A stretch of 64,000 nucleotides of DNA from Gammaproteobacteria bacterium (GCA_965277405.1 OZ255726.1:1376001-1440000); one strand, 5' to 3'. Shown: positions 42,777 through 54,947, numbered from the stretch's first letter. Numbers and translations are program-made. Notes: generated by a model from the letters alone, not told the origin.

Positions 42777-43165
42777 GGCTTTAATATCCTTCTAGGGAAG
42801 CTCTGAACAATCCACTACATTTGATTTTCTTGACGCAGCAATGCTCAAGAACAATAAACTCAAAAACTAACAAACTGAGAAGCTGAGCTGAGCTGAGAAG
42901 CTATTTTTAAAGGAGGGTAATATGATGCACGCAAAAGATGCAATGCGACTGAGACCAAACAACATGAAAAAAGTATTTCTGGCCCTAGTAGTGATCTCCG
43001 GCTCTGGCAAGTTGCAGATGGAAAACTAATTGTACCTTTTGAGGTATGTGACTTCTTGTTTGTTTCTGCTATCATGCAGCAGCAATTTTTCTATTTTCAT
43101 AACAGCCTTGAAACCTGGGTAATCTTGTGCGGGTCGCAGGGCAGTGAATATGTTGGAGATGTAAC

Positions 43166-43603
43166 ATGATAGCTATTCACGCTTTAACAGATTGTCATAA
43201 AGATTCATGGTCTCGGTTATGGAAGCAATACCTAGCCTTCTACAAGGTGGCAAGGAGCAACACTGTTTTTGATTTGACTTTTTCGCGACTAATTGACGAA
43301 GATGCAGAATGTGAAGGGTATATCGCATACATTGACGGCAATGCAGTGGGAATTGTCCACTGTATTTATCACCTACACCTCTGGCAGCAGGAAAAGATCT
43401 GCTATTTGCAGGATTTATTCGTGGATAAAAATTACAGGAAACACGGTGTTGCCAGCAAATTAATATCACAAATTTATGCGCGTGCAGACGAGAAAAACGC
43501 GAAAGGTGTGTATTGGCTGACACAGGACTTCAATATAGCAGCCCGAAATTTATACGACAAGATAGGGTATAAAACGCCTTTTATAAAATATGCACGCACA
43601 TGA
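43166..43603 (+). CDS. GNAT-family N-acetyltransferase
   Basis: CYLQDLFV...R..GVA..LI, VYWLT...N..AR.LYDK. Confidence 0.9.
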   Translation: MIAIHALTDCHKDSWSRLWKQYLAFYKVARSNTVFDLTFSRLIDEDAECEGYIAYIDGNAVGIVHCIYHLHLWQQEKICYLQDLFVDKNYRKHGVASKLISQIYARADEKNAKGVYWLTQDFNIAARNLYDKIGYKTPFIKYART

Positions 43604-43662
43604 AAAAGAATATAGTTATCATTGGCACTGGTATAAACGGGTTGATGTGCGCTTACCATTTG

Positions 43663-43940
43663 GTGAAGCCTCGCTGATGGAGCGAGTTTGCCTGCAATTG
43701 CTGATGATTGCAAGGCGCAAACCGCTAAGCGCATGCCGTAGCATATACGCCAAGGGATGCAACACAGCAAGTACCGCTTGTAGGCAAACCATCATATATT
43801 CAATAGAAGGCCGGGAAAAAACGCTGCGCTAACGTCGTTGCAGCACTTGATAATACCACCAGTATTATCTGCGCACTGCGTCTAGCTATCATCAGCGTTT
43901 TTTCTCCGTCTCGCCCATCATGGACTTAATCAGAGCTTCC
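43663..43940. mobile_element. MITE, left TIR damaged
   Basis: Homologous to 8549-8833, reversed; ends GACTTAATCAGAGCTTCC|TTAA. Confidence 0.85.
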
Positions 43941-43944
43941 TTAA

Positions 43945-45163
43945 GGAATCTCTGATTAAGTCCCAAACAACAGCAATATCAGCTACAAAGATATACAATG
44001 GTGAATCTATTTGAATATTTGAATAAGCGGATAATCTTATGAAACAAAGAACTTTTGCCAGTGCTGCATACGACCACAAGAAAGTAACAACAAAACGTGA
44101 AAAATTCTTGCAGTTAATGGACAAATTAGCTCCATGGCAACAGTTGTTAGCGTTAATAGAACCGCATTATCCCAAGAAAGGGAATGGCCGCCCACCGATT
44201 AATATGCAGACCATGTTACGCATTTATTTTTTACAGCAATGGTACAACTTATCAGACCCAGGGGTAGAAGAAGCACTATATGACATGGAAAGCATGCGGC
44301 GTTTTGCCCATATAGAGCTGATAGACGATGCCATCCCTGCTGAAACTACCATCTTGAACTTGCCCGCAGGATCATAGAAAAACATCAACTCAGCGTCAAG
44401 ATACTTGCTGGGGTGAATGACTATTGTATGGAAAATAATATAACAATCTCACCAGGGACGATGGTTGATGCCACGATCATCCATGCACCGTCGTCTACGA
44501 AGAATAAAGAGAAAGCCCGTGATCCTGAAATGCATCAAACCCGCAAAGGCAATCAGTGGTATTTTGGCATGAAGATTCATATAGGAACTGACGCTAATAG
44601 CAATATGATGCATAGCGCGGCAATGCCTACCACCACAGCTGCGAATGAAGCTGACATCAATGAACTCCCAAAATTGCTGCGTGAAACAGATAAGGTTATC
44701 TTTGCCGATGCAGGATATACGAGCGACAGTTATAAACGCGGCTCGCGTCATCTTGGGATAGATTGGCGTGTGAATGATAAACGCAAGCCACAGCAGCAAA
44801 TGAGCGGCTCGCAGCGCCAACGCAATACACAGAACTCTAAGGTGCGCGCACGGATTGAGCACTGTTTTCGGGTAATCAAATGTCAGTTTGGTTATAAGAA
44901 AGCTCGCTACAAAGGACTAGAAAAGAACCGAGTACAAGTATTTTCTTTGCTTGCATTGACGAACTTGTACATGCTTCGAGGACGGCTAACAGGATAGAAC
45001 CGCCAAAAATTCAAGAAAAACAGTAAAAAACAGTAAAAAACAGTAAAACAGCAACAGAAGATCAGCGAAATCGTCAAATATTGACCATTGAAAATTATTG
45101 CTATTACTTTTTTGGAGTATATGCGAGTTCTTGGAGTATATGCGAGTCTTAATCAGAGCTTCC
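43945..45163 (+). mobile_element. IS5-family element, frameshifted transposase (tandem copy 1)
   Basis: TIRs; ORFs 44039-44377 and 44413-44997. Confidence 0.93.
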
Positions 45164-45167
45164 TTAG

Positions 45168-46395
45168 GGAATCTCTGATTAAGTCCCAAACAACAGCAAT
45201 ATCAGCTACAAAGATATACAATGGTGAATCTATTTGAATATTTGAATAAGCGGATAATCTTATGAAACAAACAACTTTTGCCAGTGCTGCATACGACCAC
45301 AAGAAAGTAACAACAAAACGTGAAAAATTCTTGCAGTCGATGGACAAATTAGCTCCATGGCAACGGTTGTTAGCGTTAATAGAACCGCATTATCCCAAGA
45401 AAGGGAATGGCCGCCCACCAATTAATATGCAGACCATGTTACGCGTTTATTGTTTACAGCAATGGTACAACTTATCAGACCCAGGGGTAGAAGAAGCACT
45501 ATATGACATGGAAAGCATGCGGCGTTTTGCCCATATAGAGCTGATAGACGATGCCATCCCTGATGAAACTACCATCTTGAACTTCCGCAGGATCATAGAA
45601 AAGCATCAACTCAGCGTCAAGATACTTGCTGTGGTGAATGAGTATTGTATGGAAAATAATATAACAATCTCACAAGGGTCGATGGTTGATGCCACGATCA
45701 TCCATGCACCATCATCTACGAAGAATAAAGAGAAAGCCCGTGATCCTGAAATGCATCAAACAAGGAAAGGCAATCAGTGGTATTTTGGCATGAAGATTCA
45801 TATAGGAACTGACGCTAATAGCAATATGATTCATAGCGCGACAGTGACAGCCGCGAATGAAGCTGACATCAATGAACTCCCCAAATTGCTGCGTGAAACA
45901 GATAAGGTTATCTTTGCCGATGCAGGATATACGAGCGACAGTTATAAACGCGGCTCGCGTCACCTTGGGATAGATTGGCGTGTGAATGATAAACGTAAAC
46001 CAAAGCAGCAAATGAGCACCTCGCAGCGCAAACGCAATAGACAGAACTCTAAGGTGCGCGCCCGGATTGAGCACTGTTTTCGGGTAATCAAATGTCAGTT
46101 TGGTTATAAGAAAGCTCGCTACAAAGGACTAGAAAAGAATCGAGTACAAGTATTTTCTTTGCTTGCATTGACGAACTTATACATGCTGCGAGGACGACTA
46201 ACAGGATAGAACCGCCCAAAATTCAAGAAAAACAGTAAAAAACAATAAAAACAGTAAAAAACAGTAAAAAACAGTAAAACAGCAACACGAAGATCAGCGA
46301 AATGATCAAATATTGACCATTGAAAATTATTGCTATTATTTTTTTGGAGTATATGCGAGTTATTGGAATATATGCGAGTCTTAATCAGAGCTTCC
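45168..46395 (+). mobile_element. IS5-family element, intact (tandem copy 2; CDS 45262-46209)
   Basis: TIRs, 315-aa transposase, TTAG junctions. Confidence 0.95.
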
Positions 46396-46399
46396 TTAG

Positions 46400-47607
46400 G
46401 GAATCTCTGATTAAGTCCCAAACAACAGCAATATCAGCTACAAAGATATAGAATGGTGAATCTATTTGAATATTTGAATAAGCGGATAATCTTATGAAAC
46501 AAACAACTTTTGCCAGTGCTGCATACGACCACAAGAAAGTAACAACAAAACGTGAGAAATTCTTGCAGTCGATGGACAAATTAGCTCCATGGCAACGGTT
46601 GTTAGCGTTAATAGAACCGCATTATCCCAAGAAAGGGAATGGCCGCCCACCAATTAATATGCAGACCATGTTACGCGTTTATTGTTTACAGCAATGGTAC
46701 AACTTATCAGACCCAGGGGTAGAAGAAGCACTATATGACATGGAAAGCATGCGGCGTTTTGCCCATATAGAGCTGATAGACGATGCCATCCCTGATGAAA
46801 CCACCATCTTGAACTTCCGCAGGATCATAGAAAAACATCAACTCAGCGTCAAGATACTTGCTGTGGTGAATGAGTGTTGTATGGAAAATAATATAATAAT
46901 CTCACAAGGGTCGATGGTTGATGCCACGATCATCCACGCACCATCATCTACGAAGAATAAAGAGAAAGCCCGTGATCCTGAAATGCATCAAACAAGGAAA
47001 GGCAATCAGTGGTATTTTGGCATGAAGATTCATATAGGAACTGACGCTAATAGCAATATGATTCATAGCGCGACAGTGACAGCCGCGAATGAAGCGGACA
47101 TCAATGAACTCCCCAAATTGCTGCGTGAAACAGATAAGGTTATCTTTGCCGATGCAGGATATACGAGCGACAGTTATAAACGCGGCTCGCGTCATCTTGG
47201 GATAGATTGGCGTGTGAATGATAAACGCAAGCCAAAGCAGCAAATGAGCACCTCGCAGCGCAAACGCAATAGACAGAACTCTAAGGTGCGCGCCCGGATT
47301 GAGCACTGTTTTCGGGTAATCAAATGTCAGTTTGGTTATAAGAAAGCTCGCTACAAAGGACTAGAAAAGAATCGAGTACAAGTATTTTCTTTGCTTGCAT
47401 TGACGAACTTATACATGCTGCGCGGACGACTAACAGGATAGAACCGCCCAAAATTCAAGAAAAACAATAAAAAACAGTAAAAAACAGTAAAACAGCAACA
47501 GAAGATCTGCGAAATGGTCAAATATTGACCATTGAAAATTATTGCTATTACTTTTTTGGAGTATATGCGAGTTATTGGAATATATGCGAGTCTTAATCAG
47601 AGCTTCC
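46400..47607 (+). mobile_element. IS5-family element, intact (tandem copy 3; CDS 46494-47441)
   Basis: TIRs, 315-aa transposase, TTAG/TTAA flanks. Confidence 0.95.
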
Positions 47608-47640
47608 TTAAGGAAGGGGTGTGTTTTTCAACAGCCTGTT

Positions 47641-48309
47641 AAAGGAGCACAAAACCCGCTCCTGGGATGACATCACCATTAACAATCTGGTCAGTACCAT
47701 CGCGGCTGAACATCAACTGGAATCAAGTGTCGGAAAATTGATAGTGCGACCAACCTTCCCCATCTGGATCAAACCGAAGAGTCCGATCTGCATCTGTTGA
47801 CACGGCTAGCCAAGCAATATGACGCCGTAGCTAAGCCTGTCGGAGGCTTTTTGCTGTTTGTCCAGAAAGGTGAAGCTAAAAGCGCTACTGGCAAGACAAT
47901 TCCAGCAGTGGTCATCAGCCGCAACCAAACCAGCGACCATCGAATAACCATGGCTGATCGAGGTAAATATGCAACCGTGCTGGCTCACTGGCACAACACA
48001 GCAACAGGTACCCGTACACCAGTGCGAGTGGGAGACAGCAAACCAGTTTATACCCTGCGCCATAACTACTAGGATGCTGAAACTGCCAGAGCTGCCGCGC
48101 AAGGCAAGCTGGATGCTCTCAACCGTGGTCTGGCCACCGCCAGTGTGACATTGAAACAGGGAAACCCACTCTTAGCAGCAGAAGCCAAGGTGACATTATC
48201 AGGATTCAGAACCGGCGTGGCGGGTGACTGGGTAGTGACTCAAGTCAATCACGAATTCAGCGACAGCGGGTACAGCACCAGCGTGGAGGCAGAAACACCG
48301 AAACGCTAA
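47641..48309 (+). pseudogene. Phage late-control D (tail/baseplate hub) gene remnant
   Basis: KTRSWDD.T...LV..IA.EH, HLDQTEESDLHLLTRLA..YDAVAKP..G.LLF; 5' truncated, frameshifts and stop. Confidence 0.75.
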
Positions 48310-48325
48310 GAGAAAAAAAAGAAAG

Positions 48326-48426
48326 CGACCACCAAAGGTACAGCAGCACCTAAAGTGGTCGTCAAGCCACGGTAGCAAAAGTACCGTGAACCAACCAAGT
48401 ATTCCCCACCGTGAACACGGCATGGG
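48326..48426 (+). other. Three consecutive hairpins upstream of the phage methyltransferase; candidate structured RNA
   Basis: CGACCAC/GTGGTCG, CACGGTA/TACCGTG and CCGTG/CACGG stems. Confidence 0.45.
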
Positions 48427-48449
48427 TGAGCTTATCAAAAATATTAAGG

Positions 48450-49221
48450 ATGTTCACGTTGAGACCACAACCAATTATCCCCTTGATGGGCGGCAAAAGA
48501 CGCCTAGCCAAGGAAATACTACCTCTATTTAAGGTGCACAAAACCAATGTGGAACCGTTCTGTGGCGGAGCTGCCATATTCTTTTACAAACTGGAATCAT
48601 CCGTCGCGGTTCTGAACGACTGCAACGGCGGACTGGTGAACCTTTATAGGGTCGTTAAACACCATTTAGAGGAGTTTTTAAGGCCTTGCAAATGGGCTCT
48701 GGTCAGCCGTTGGGAGTTCCTCTGGCAGAAGACATCCAACCCTGGAAACCCTGACCGATATCCAACGCGCTAGCCGCTTCTACTACCACCAGAAGATGGC
48801 GTTTGGTGGTAAAGTATCCAGTCAGACTTTCGGCACCTCGGCAGTCAGTCCTCCCAAGCTCAACCTGCTGCGGATTGAGGAAGATCTGTTCACCGCGCAC
48901 CTGCGGGTGGACAGAGTCTATATCGAGCATCTTGACTGGCCCGATTGTGTGAAGAAATATGATCGGGAGGGTACACTGTTTCACCTTGATCCCCCTTACT
49001 GGGGCACAGCCAGTTATGGCATGGACTTTGGGCTGGAACAATACAAACTGATGGCAGAGCTGGCCCGAATTGTTCAAGGCAGAATGATTATATCGGTCAA
49101 CGATATTCCAGAGATGAGAGCTGCTTGCGAGGGTCTGTCCATGCGTTCTCTTGGCATTAGATACACAATGGGTGGGCGCAAGGGCAGCCAAGCCAAAGGG
49201 CTACTGATCTGGAATTGGTAG
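48450..49221 (+). pseudogene. Phage D12-class (Dam-like) adenine methyltransferase, frameshifted near 48745
   Basis: GGKRRLA, VEPFCGGAA, LND.NG.LVNLYR, then TLTDIQRA.RF..., LDPPYW in a shifted frame. Confidence 0.85.
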
Positions 49222-49273
49222 TAAAAACGGAAAAAACGTCGCCATGGTGCGTCGGACACGTTAAAACCGTTTC

Positions 49274-49317
49274 CGCAAACCAGTACAGAAAGTTCGTAAA
49301 CCAAATGCGCTGCTACA
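49274..49317. mobile_element. Probable end of a Mu-like transposable prophage
   Basis: CG(C/T)AAACCA direct repeats 21 bp apart, terminal ...GCTACA, abrupt junction with an IS remnant. Confidence 0.5.
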
Positions 49318-49565
49318 TGATAAGCACATTGATGATGGAATTATGCGGAAAAAGCCACGCGGTCAGGCACACGTTAGCAAAAGGCTGGTAACAAGTTGAT
49401 ATCATCAACACGCTTTGTGGTCGAGAGAACTTTCGCCACAATGACAAGGGTGTATGGTCTCCAGCGCACGATATCTTGGCATAGCCAAAGTCGATGCTGA
49501 GGTTGAAGGCAATGGCGTATAACTTGAAAAGGGATCGCAACTTATATCAACAACAGCAGCAGTAT
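49318..49565 (+). pseudogene. C-terminal remnant of a different IS5-family (IS1106-like) transposase
   Basis: DGIMRKKPRG...ISSTRFVVERTFATM.R.YG..R.RYLG..K...AMAYNLKR across frameshifts. Confidence 0.65.
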
Positions 49566-49659
49566 TGCTCTTAAATGGTGGGAAATAGGACCAAAAAAGA
49601 CCGGATAAATGGGCATATATGCACCATTTTCGGAGCATTCTATGTTTTTTTTCAGTAAA

Positions 49660-49785
49660 AATCTCCAATCTCCAATCTCCAATCTCCAATCTCCAATCTC
49701 CAATCTCCAATCTCCAATCTCCAATCTCCAATCTCCAATCTCCAATCTCCAATCTCCAATCTCCAATCTCCAATCTCCAATCTCC
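49660..49785. repeat. Perfect heptanucleotide microsatellite (AATCTCC)18
   Basis: 126 bp read directly. Confidence 0.97.
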
Positions 49786-49928
49786 AATTTACAATTTCCC
49801 ACGCAGCAAAGCAAAAAATGAGGTCTTATTGTAGTTGTCTTCATTCATGCAGCGCTTGCAAGCCAACAAAACGCATCTGCATCAGCAACGTAATCTGAAC
49901 TTGCCGATGCAGAGCTACAATTGAGTTA

Positions 49929-50426
49929 TCAGTCAAGAAACAAATCATCAAAATTTTTGTCTTGATGCTGTGCCAAATGCTTGACCATCGTGGTGCTGAT
50001 AACCGCATGAATATCTATGTGATTTTCATGGTGGATAAGGTTTTTGACAAGAAAGTCACGAACACGGTTAATCTGTTCGATTTCATCAACTTGGACATGC
50101 AACAACACATCAAAAAATCCACTGACATGATAAATCGCATACACTTCGCTTATATCAAGCAATTTGCGCTTAAATGTATCAAACTCTAATCCACCGAGCT
50201 TAAAGGTAATGAAGGCATCGATGGTACGAACAACATTGGTATTGCCAAAAATTGTATGATAGCCACGGATAACCCTTAAATCTTCTAGCTTACTTAACCG
50301 TTGATTGACAGCACTTCTTGAAAGCCCAATGCTGCGTGAAATATGCGCAATAGGGATTCTGGCGTTGTCTTTAAGGTGGGCGAGAATTCTGCGATCATAA
50401 CGATCTAATACTAATTTATTACTCAT
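49929..50426 (-). CDS. Lrp/AsnC-family transcriptional regulator
   Basis: LD..D.RIL..L..NAR......GLSRSAV..RL.KLE...VI.GY; V.G.FD. Confidence 0.9.
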   Translation of the reverse strand: MSNKLVLDRYDRRILAHLKDNARIPIAHISRSIGLSRSAVNQRLSKLEDLRVIRGYHTIFGNTNVVRTIDAFITFKLGGLEFDTFKRKLLDISEVYAIYHVSGFFDVLLHVQVDEIEQINRVRDFLVKNLIHHENHIDIHAVISTTMVKHLAQHQDKNFDDLFLD

Positions 50427-51142
50427 GATTTACTCCATTCTCCTCGCATATACAGCGAAGTTTGTAAAGCAACAATATCAATGATAGTCACATTCTTGTT
50501 GCTATAATTACTAGGAATACCCAGTATTTGAATAAATGAATAACTACAACACATCACATAGTGAGTTTTGTATTGTTGTTACACACTATCCGTATATTAT
50601 ATACAACAAAACTATTTTGTATATACAATCGGTGTTGTGTTATATCGTCGCCAAGGGTGCCATACCTGCCTGCTGGTCTGGTATACTTGTTGCGATTTAG
50701 AGCAACCACTACGTATAGGTACCGCTATTTTATGAGTGTTTTCAACTCCTTGTAGTTAATAGCAACCCGTTTGCAGCCCGCAATGGCAGGAAATTTGACC
50801 GACTGTTATGTAGTTTTGCTTGCAAATTGAGACATTTAGTATTCATCATACGCTCTTTAGCGCTTCATCAGTGCCGCATTTGATTTGCGTCTTAGCTCTG
50901 AACGTTGTGCCCCTGTATTCCCTGTTTTTTTTATACGGGACATTAATACTGTATAGAGGAGATGGATACAGTCGCGGTTTCTGTCGTAACATCACACAAA
51001 ACACCACATTTGTAGCTGCAGCTCTTCATCATGTTTTTGCTCTTGACTAGGATTGAAAAGCTGTTTTTATTCATTTTTTATTGTCTTTCATGCGTTTTTG
51101 CTAAATTTCCTATGTTTTGGACGCACTAATAGGGGGGATGGG

Positions 51143-51178
51143 AATAAATGAGACTGTAAGTTGTAAATAAATGAGACT
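51143..51178. repeat. 13-bp direct repeat, possible transposase-binding sites at a second prophage end
   Basis: AATAAATGAGACT at 51143 and 51166. Confidence 0.45.
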
Positions 51179-51461
51179 CTACAGTTGAGCAAATTTGTTG
51201 ATTTTATGCGGGTTGTAGCGTGAATCCCTTATGGCGCTTAGGTTGTAGGATGGTAGGGGAATTATTACCGTTTGCTTCCGTTTTGTGCACTCCTCGGCAA
51301 TAATTGTAGCGTTTATCGAGGTTTTACGGGGATTACTGCTTTGCAAAAACGTGAAATTTAACGTAAAAAAGCGTGTTTAAAAAGCAATTATTTTACGTTA
51401 AAAACGTGTTAAATAAATGGTGTTTTTTAGGAGTGATTCGCAACAATGATGTGGCCGCGAT

Positions 51462-51764
51462 TTAATAGATAATGTCGCCACTGCGTACCGCAGCTGCGTA
51501 TTCGTCATCTGGTAATAATTGACCAAACACATCCCAGCGCGACTCAAAAAACACACCTAAGTCTGCTTCAGTAACTTTTTTATGAAAAAAATAAAAATTT
51601 ACTGGAGGTCTTGTAGCAAAACCTTTATTTAATATAGCTTTATTAAGTATGTCTTGCAACATTGATGCATCTTTACCAGAAAAGAGTTGGGTTCTATAAT
51701 TAAAGGTGAACTCTACGTCTGGATAATCTTCGTCTATAGACTTGAGGCTGTATGATTTTTTCAT
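51462..51764 (-). CDS. Hypothetical 100-aa protein coupled to the MuF fusion; candidate immunity/partner
   Basis: ATGA start/stop overlap with the upstream gene. Confidence 0.55.
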   Translation of the reverse strand: MKKSYSLKSIDEDYPDVEFTFNYRTQLFSGKDASMLQDILNKAILNKGFATRPPVNFYFFHKKVTEADLGVFFESRWDVFGQLLPDDEYAAAVRSGDIIY

Positions 51765-53504
51765 GTTTTGTATTTAAATAGTATACCTAGTGCAGTGTCA
51801 AATAGCGATTGGTCGATGCGGATAAAATCAAAAAACATCTTGGTATCTGACCAAGCATGCCGCTCTGACTTCCACGTTGTGCCCTTGTCGATTCTACCAA
51901 GAAGTTTATCAAAAGACATTGTCATTATTTCTAGAGCAGGTGCATTTGGAGTATGATTATATTCACGGCCAACATAGGGGTGATAATAACTGTCTTTGCG
52001 AGTAACCTCACTCCTATCATATCCTGAATGTGCTACATCACGCAAACGCTCTAATGAGTCGCCTTTGGTACGTTGGTCATGAACGTTTTGAAATACGGCA
52101 TCGAGTTTTGGAAGTCCTCGCTGCAAGTGGTGTGCATATTCATGCACAGTAGAATGATGGTTGTCAGTGGCTATATGTTTATCATAACTTCGATAGAACG
52201 CTCTTCCGTGCGTTAATACCGCACTCACTTCACCCAGCTCATTGGTCTTATCCGTCCAGTCATCTGGATAACGTTGCGAGGCTTCTCGCACCAATTTCGC
52301 GCCTTTGCCGTTACCTTTCACCAGTGCCACGTTGTTAATGCCACGCACTGCCGCTAATCGCGCCAACAACTGCTCTTGAAATTCGCCGATATATAGCTGT
52401 CCTGATTTAGCAAAATCCTGTGAGTTTTGCACATCGACAAGCCCATCAAGGAACGTTTTACCGTTGCGCATTTTGCTGTTGAAAATGCCCTCGCGCACCT
52501 TTGTACCTTCACGCTCGTAGAGCTTTGGATCACTGCTGTTTGTAAAGCTCGCAACAGGGTTTGTAGCCGCTGTTGTCGTCTGTTCTGGCTGCCAATGCCC
52601 ACCACCTGTTGGCTGATACGCAACCGTGATGGTGCGGCAATTAAAATGATACGGTGGTGAACCTGCGCTGTGATCGACAGGAGTTGTGGTACTAAACATT
52701 TTCCAAGCTGATTTTGCAGCATCGGCATCTTTGTTATTAGTAGCAGCTAAATATCTATGGCGTTGTTGTGTTAATTGGGTGACTGGGATAATGGTACCGT
52801 GCAATTCACGGCACACCGCAGACGTTTTATCGTCTAGATACGCCTGTACTTTTACATATTGAATCCCAGCGCGTTAATAGCCTGTCACTCGACCCATCTC
52901 ACGGGTTTTTGTCGCAGTATGATCTGCCAGCATATGCCAATACGCACTGCTTTTATCAACGACATCAGCTAAGCCGTGCGCTAGAGCCTTGGCCAATTGC
53001 GGTTGAGTCATGCCGTCGGTAAATAAAGCATCTAACTTGCTGTTAATAATTTTGCTGGTATGACTGTCCCAATGCTGCCCAACCCAAAACAGATTGCTAG
53101 TATGGATTTGCTCTAGCGCATCAAAATCGACAGTTTGAAAACCAATATCAACCGCTACTTCTTTGGCGCCTATTTTTATACAACGCACCACCCAGATTGA
53201 TAATTGGTTTGCGCAATGCCGCAACCATTGCATCGCCACCTAAATCATTGGCCAATACCTTATAGATAACATCAATATCCTCCTTGGCGATTGTCGTCCC
53301 CAAATCACGACTTACATCAAGAGCTCTGGCAATCCCACTCTTGGCAGTATCACTCCACGCCCGCGTATACATATCTTTTAAGTCAGTCGTTAATCGCTCA
53401 AAAGCAGCATCGTATTTTAACAAGAAAATGGTGACACTACGACGTACTATCGCCCTACGGATGGTTTTTTCTATATACAGATTAACACTTTCACTTGGCA
53501 TCAA
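51761..53504 (-). pseudogene. Phage MuF head-morphogenesis protein with C-terminal HExxH metallopeptidase-like extension
   Basis: LDDKTS.VCRELHG and PPYHFNCRT MuF motifs; HEYAH...E; frameshift in A-run near 53175 and in-frame TAA at 52874-52876. Confidence 0.75.
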
Positions 53505-53694
53505 ATAATCCTTGCTGCGTTGGCCGCGTGGATTGAGATTTACACGTATAACGTTTTACATCACCATGGGTTTCTTCCGCTGTTTTCCAGCGATGATCAC
53601 AGCTTAAGCATTTGCGCCACCGCTCCACAAATGCTTCATTTGGTCGAGTTCCATAAATGCGGATTGCGGAAGAACCGCATTTATGGCAGATCAC
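53491..53694 (-). CDS. Small phage zinc-ribbon protein (NrdR-N/Ogr-like)
   Basis: C..CG...R.RKC..C..RW.T.E; overlaps the MuF start. Confidence 0.65.
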   Translation of the reverse strand: MICHKCGSSAIRIYGTRPNEAFVERWRKCLSCDHRWKTAEETHGDVKRYTCKSQSTRPTQQGLFDAK

Positions 53695-53723
53695 TAGGTG
53701 TAAATGCTACGGAGGTTGTTTAG

Positions 53724-54942
53724 GGAATCTCTGATTAAGTCCCAAACAACAGCAATATCAGCTACAAAGATATACAATGGTGAATCTATTTGAATATTTG
53801 AATATTTGAATAAGCGGATAATCTTATGAAACAAACAACTTTTGCCAGTGCTGCATACGACCACAAGAAAGTAACAACGAAACCAAAAAAAATTCTTGCA
53901 GTTAATGGACAAATTAGCTCCATGGCAACAGTTGTTAGAGTTAATAGAACCGCATTATCCCAAGAAAGGGAATGGCCGCCCACCGATTAATATGCAGACC
54001 ATGTTACGCATTTATTTTTTACAGCAATGGTACAACTTATCAGACCCAGGCGTAGCAGAAGCACTATATGACATGGAAAGCATGAGGCGTTTTGCCCAGA
54101 TAGAGCTGATAGACGATGCCATCCCTGCTGAAACTACCATCTTGAACTTGCCCGCAGGATCATAGAAAAACATCAACTCAGCGTCAAGATACTTGCTGTG
54201 GTGAATGAGTATTGTATGGAAAATAATATAACAATCTCACAAGGGTCGATGGTTGATGCCACGATCATCCACGCACCATCATCTACGAAGAATAAAGAGA
54301 AAGCCCGTGATCCTGAAATGCATCAAACAAGGAAAGGCAATCAGTGGTATTTTGGCATGAAGATTCATATAGGAACTGACGCTAATAGCAATATGATTCA
54401 TAGCGCGGCAATGCCTACCACCACAGCCGCGAATGAAGCTGACATCAATGAACTCCCCAAATTGCTGCGTGAAACAGATAAGGTTATCTTTGCCGATGCA
54501 GGATATACGAGCGACAGTTATAAACGCGGCTCGCGTCATCTTGGGATAGATTGGCGTGTGAATGATAAACGCAAGCCAAAGCAGCAAATGAGCACCTCGC
54601 AGCGCCAACGCAATACACAGAACTCTAAGGTGCGCGCCCGGATTGAGCACTGTTTTCGGGTAATCAAATGTCAGTTTGGTTATAAGAAAGCTCGCTACAA
54701 AGGACTAGAAAAGAATCGAGTACAAGTATTTTCTTTGCTGGCATTGACGAACTTATACATGCTGCGAGGACGACTAACAGGATAGAACCGCCCAAAATTC
54801 AAGAAAAACAGTAAAAAACAATAAAAACAGTAAAAAACAGTAAAACAGCAACACGAAGATCAGCGAAATGATCAAATATTGACCATTGAAAATTATTGCT
54901 ATTATTTTTTTGGAGTATATGAGCGTCTTAATCAGAGCTTCC
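53724..54942 (+). mobile_element. IS5-family element, doubly frameshifted
   Basis: TIRs; ATG 53826 disrupted; fragments 53896-54165 and 54198-54785. Confidence 0.92.
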
Positions 54943-54947
54943 CTTAG

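Noticed and set aside
42796-43100. IS5-like terminus (GGAAGCTCTGAACAATCCACTACA) followed by an RBS and a 35-codon ORF
   Set aside because: No partner end or recognisable product found; probably debris of another element
47612-47641. TTTTTCAACAGCCTG resembling the terminus of another IS family
   Set aside because: Single short end with no body or partner in the window
49405-49844. ORFs with LEIGDWR / NLQSPIS repeats
   Set aside because: Translations of the heptamer microsatellite with no RBS or coding context
50430-51110. AT-rich region with short ORFs upstream of the Lrp gene
   Set aside because: No motif, repeat or reading frame I could support
52382-52394. 13-nt match (TTCGCCGATATAT) between a spacer and the MuF remnant; similar 12-nt matches to MuF and IS5
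   Set aside because: Roughly 3-4 such 13-mers are expected by chance (103 spacers x 18 words x 128 kb / 4^13), and the flanks do not extend; no convincing self-targeting spacer was seen by eye
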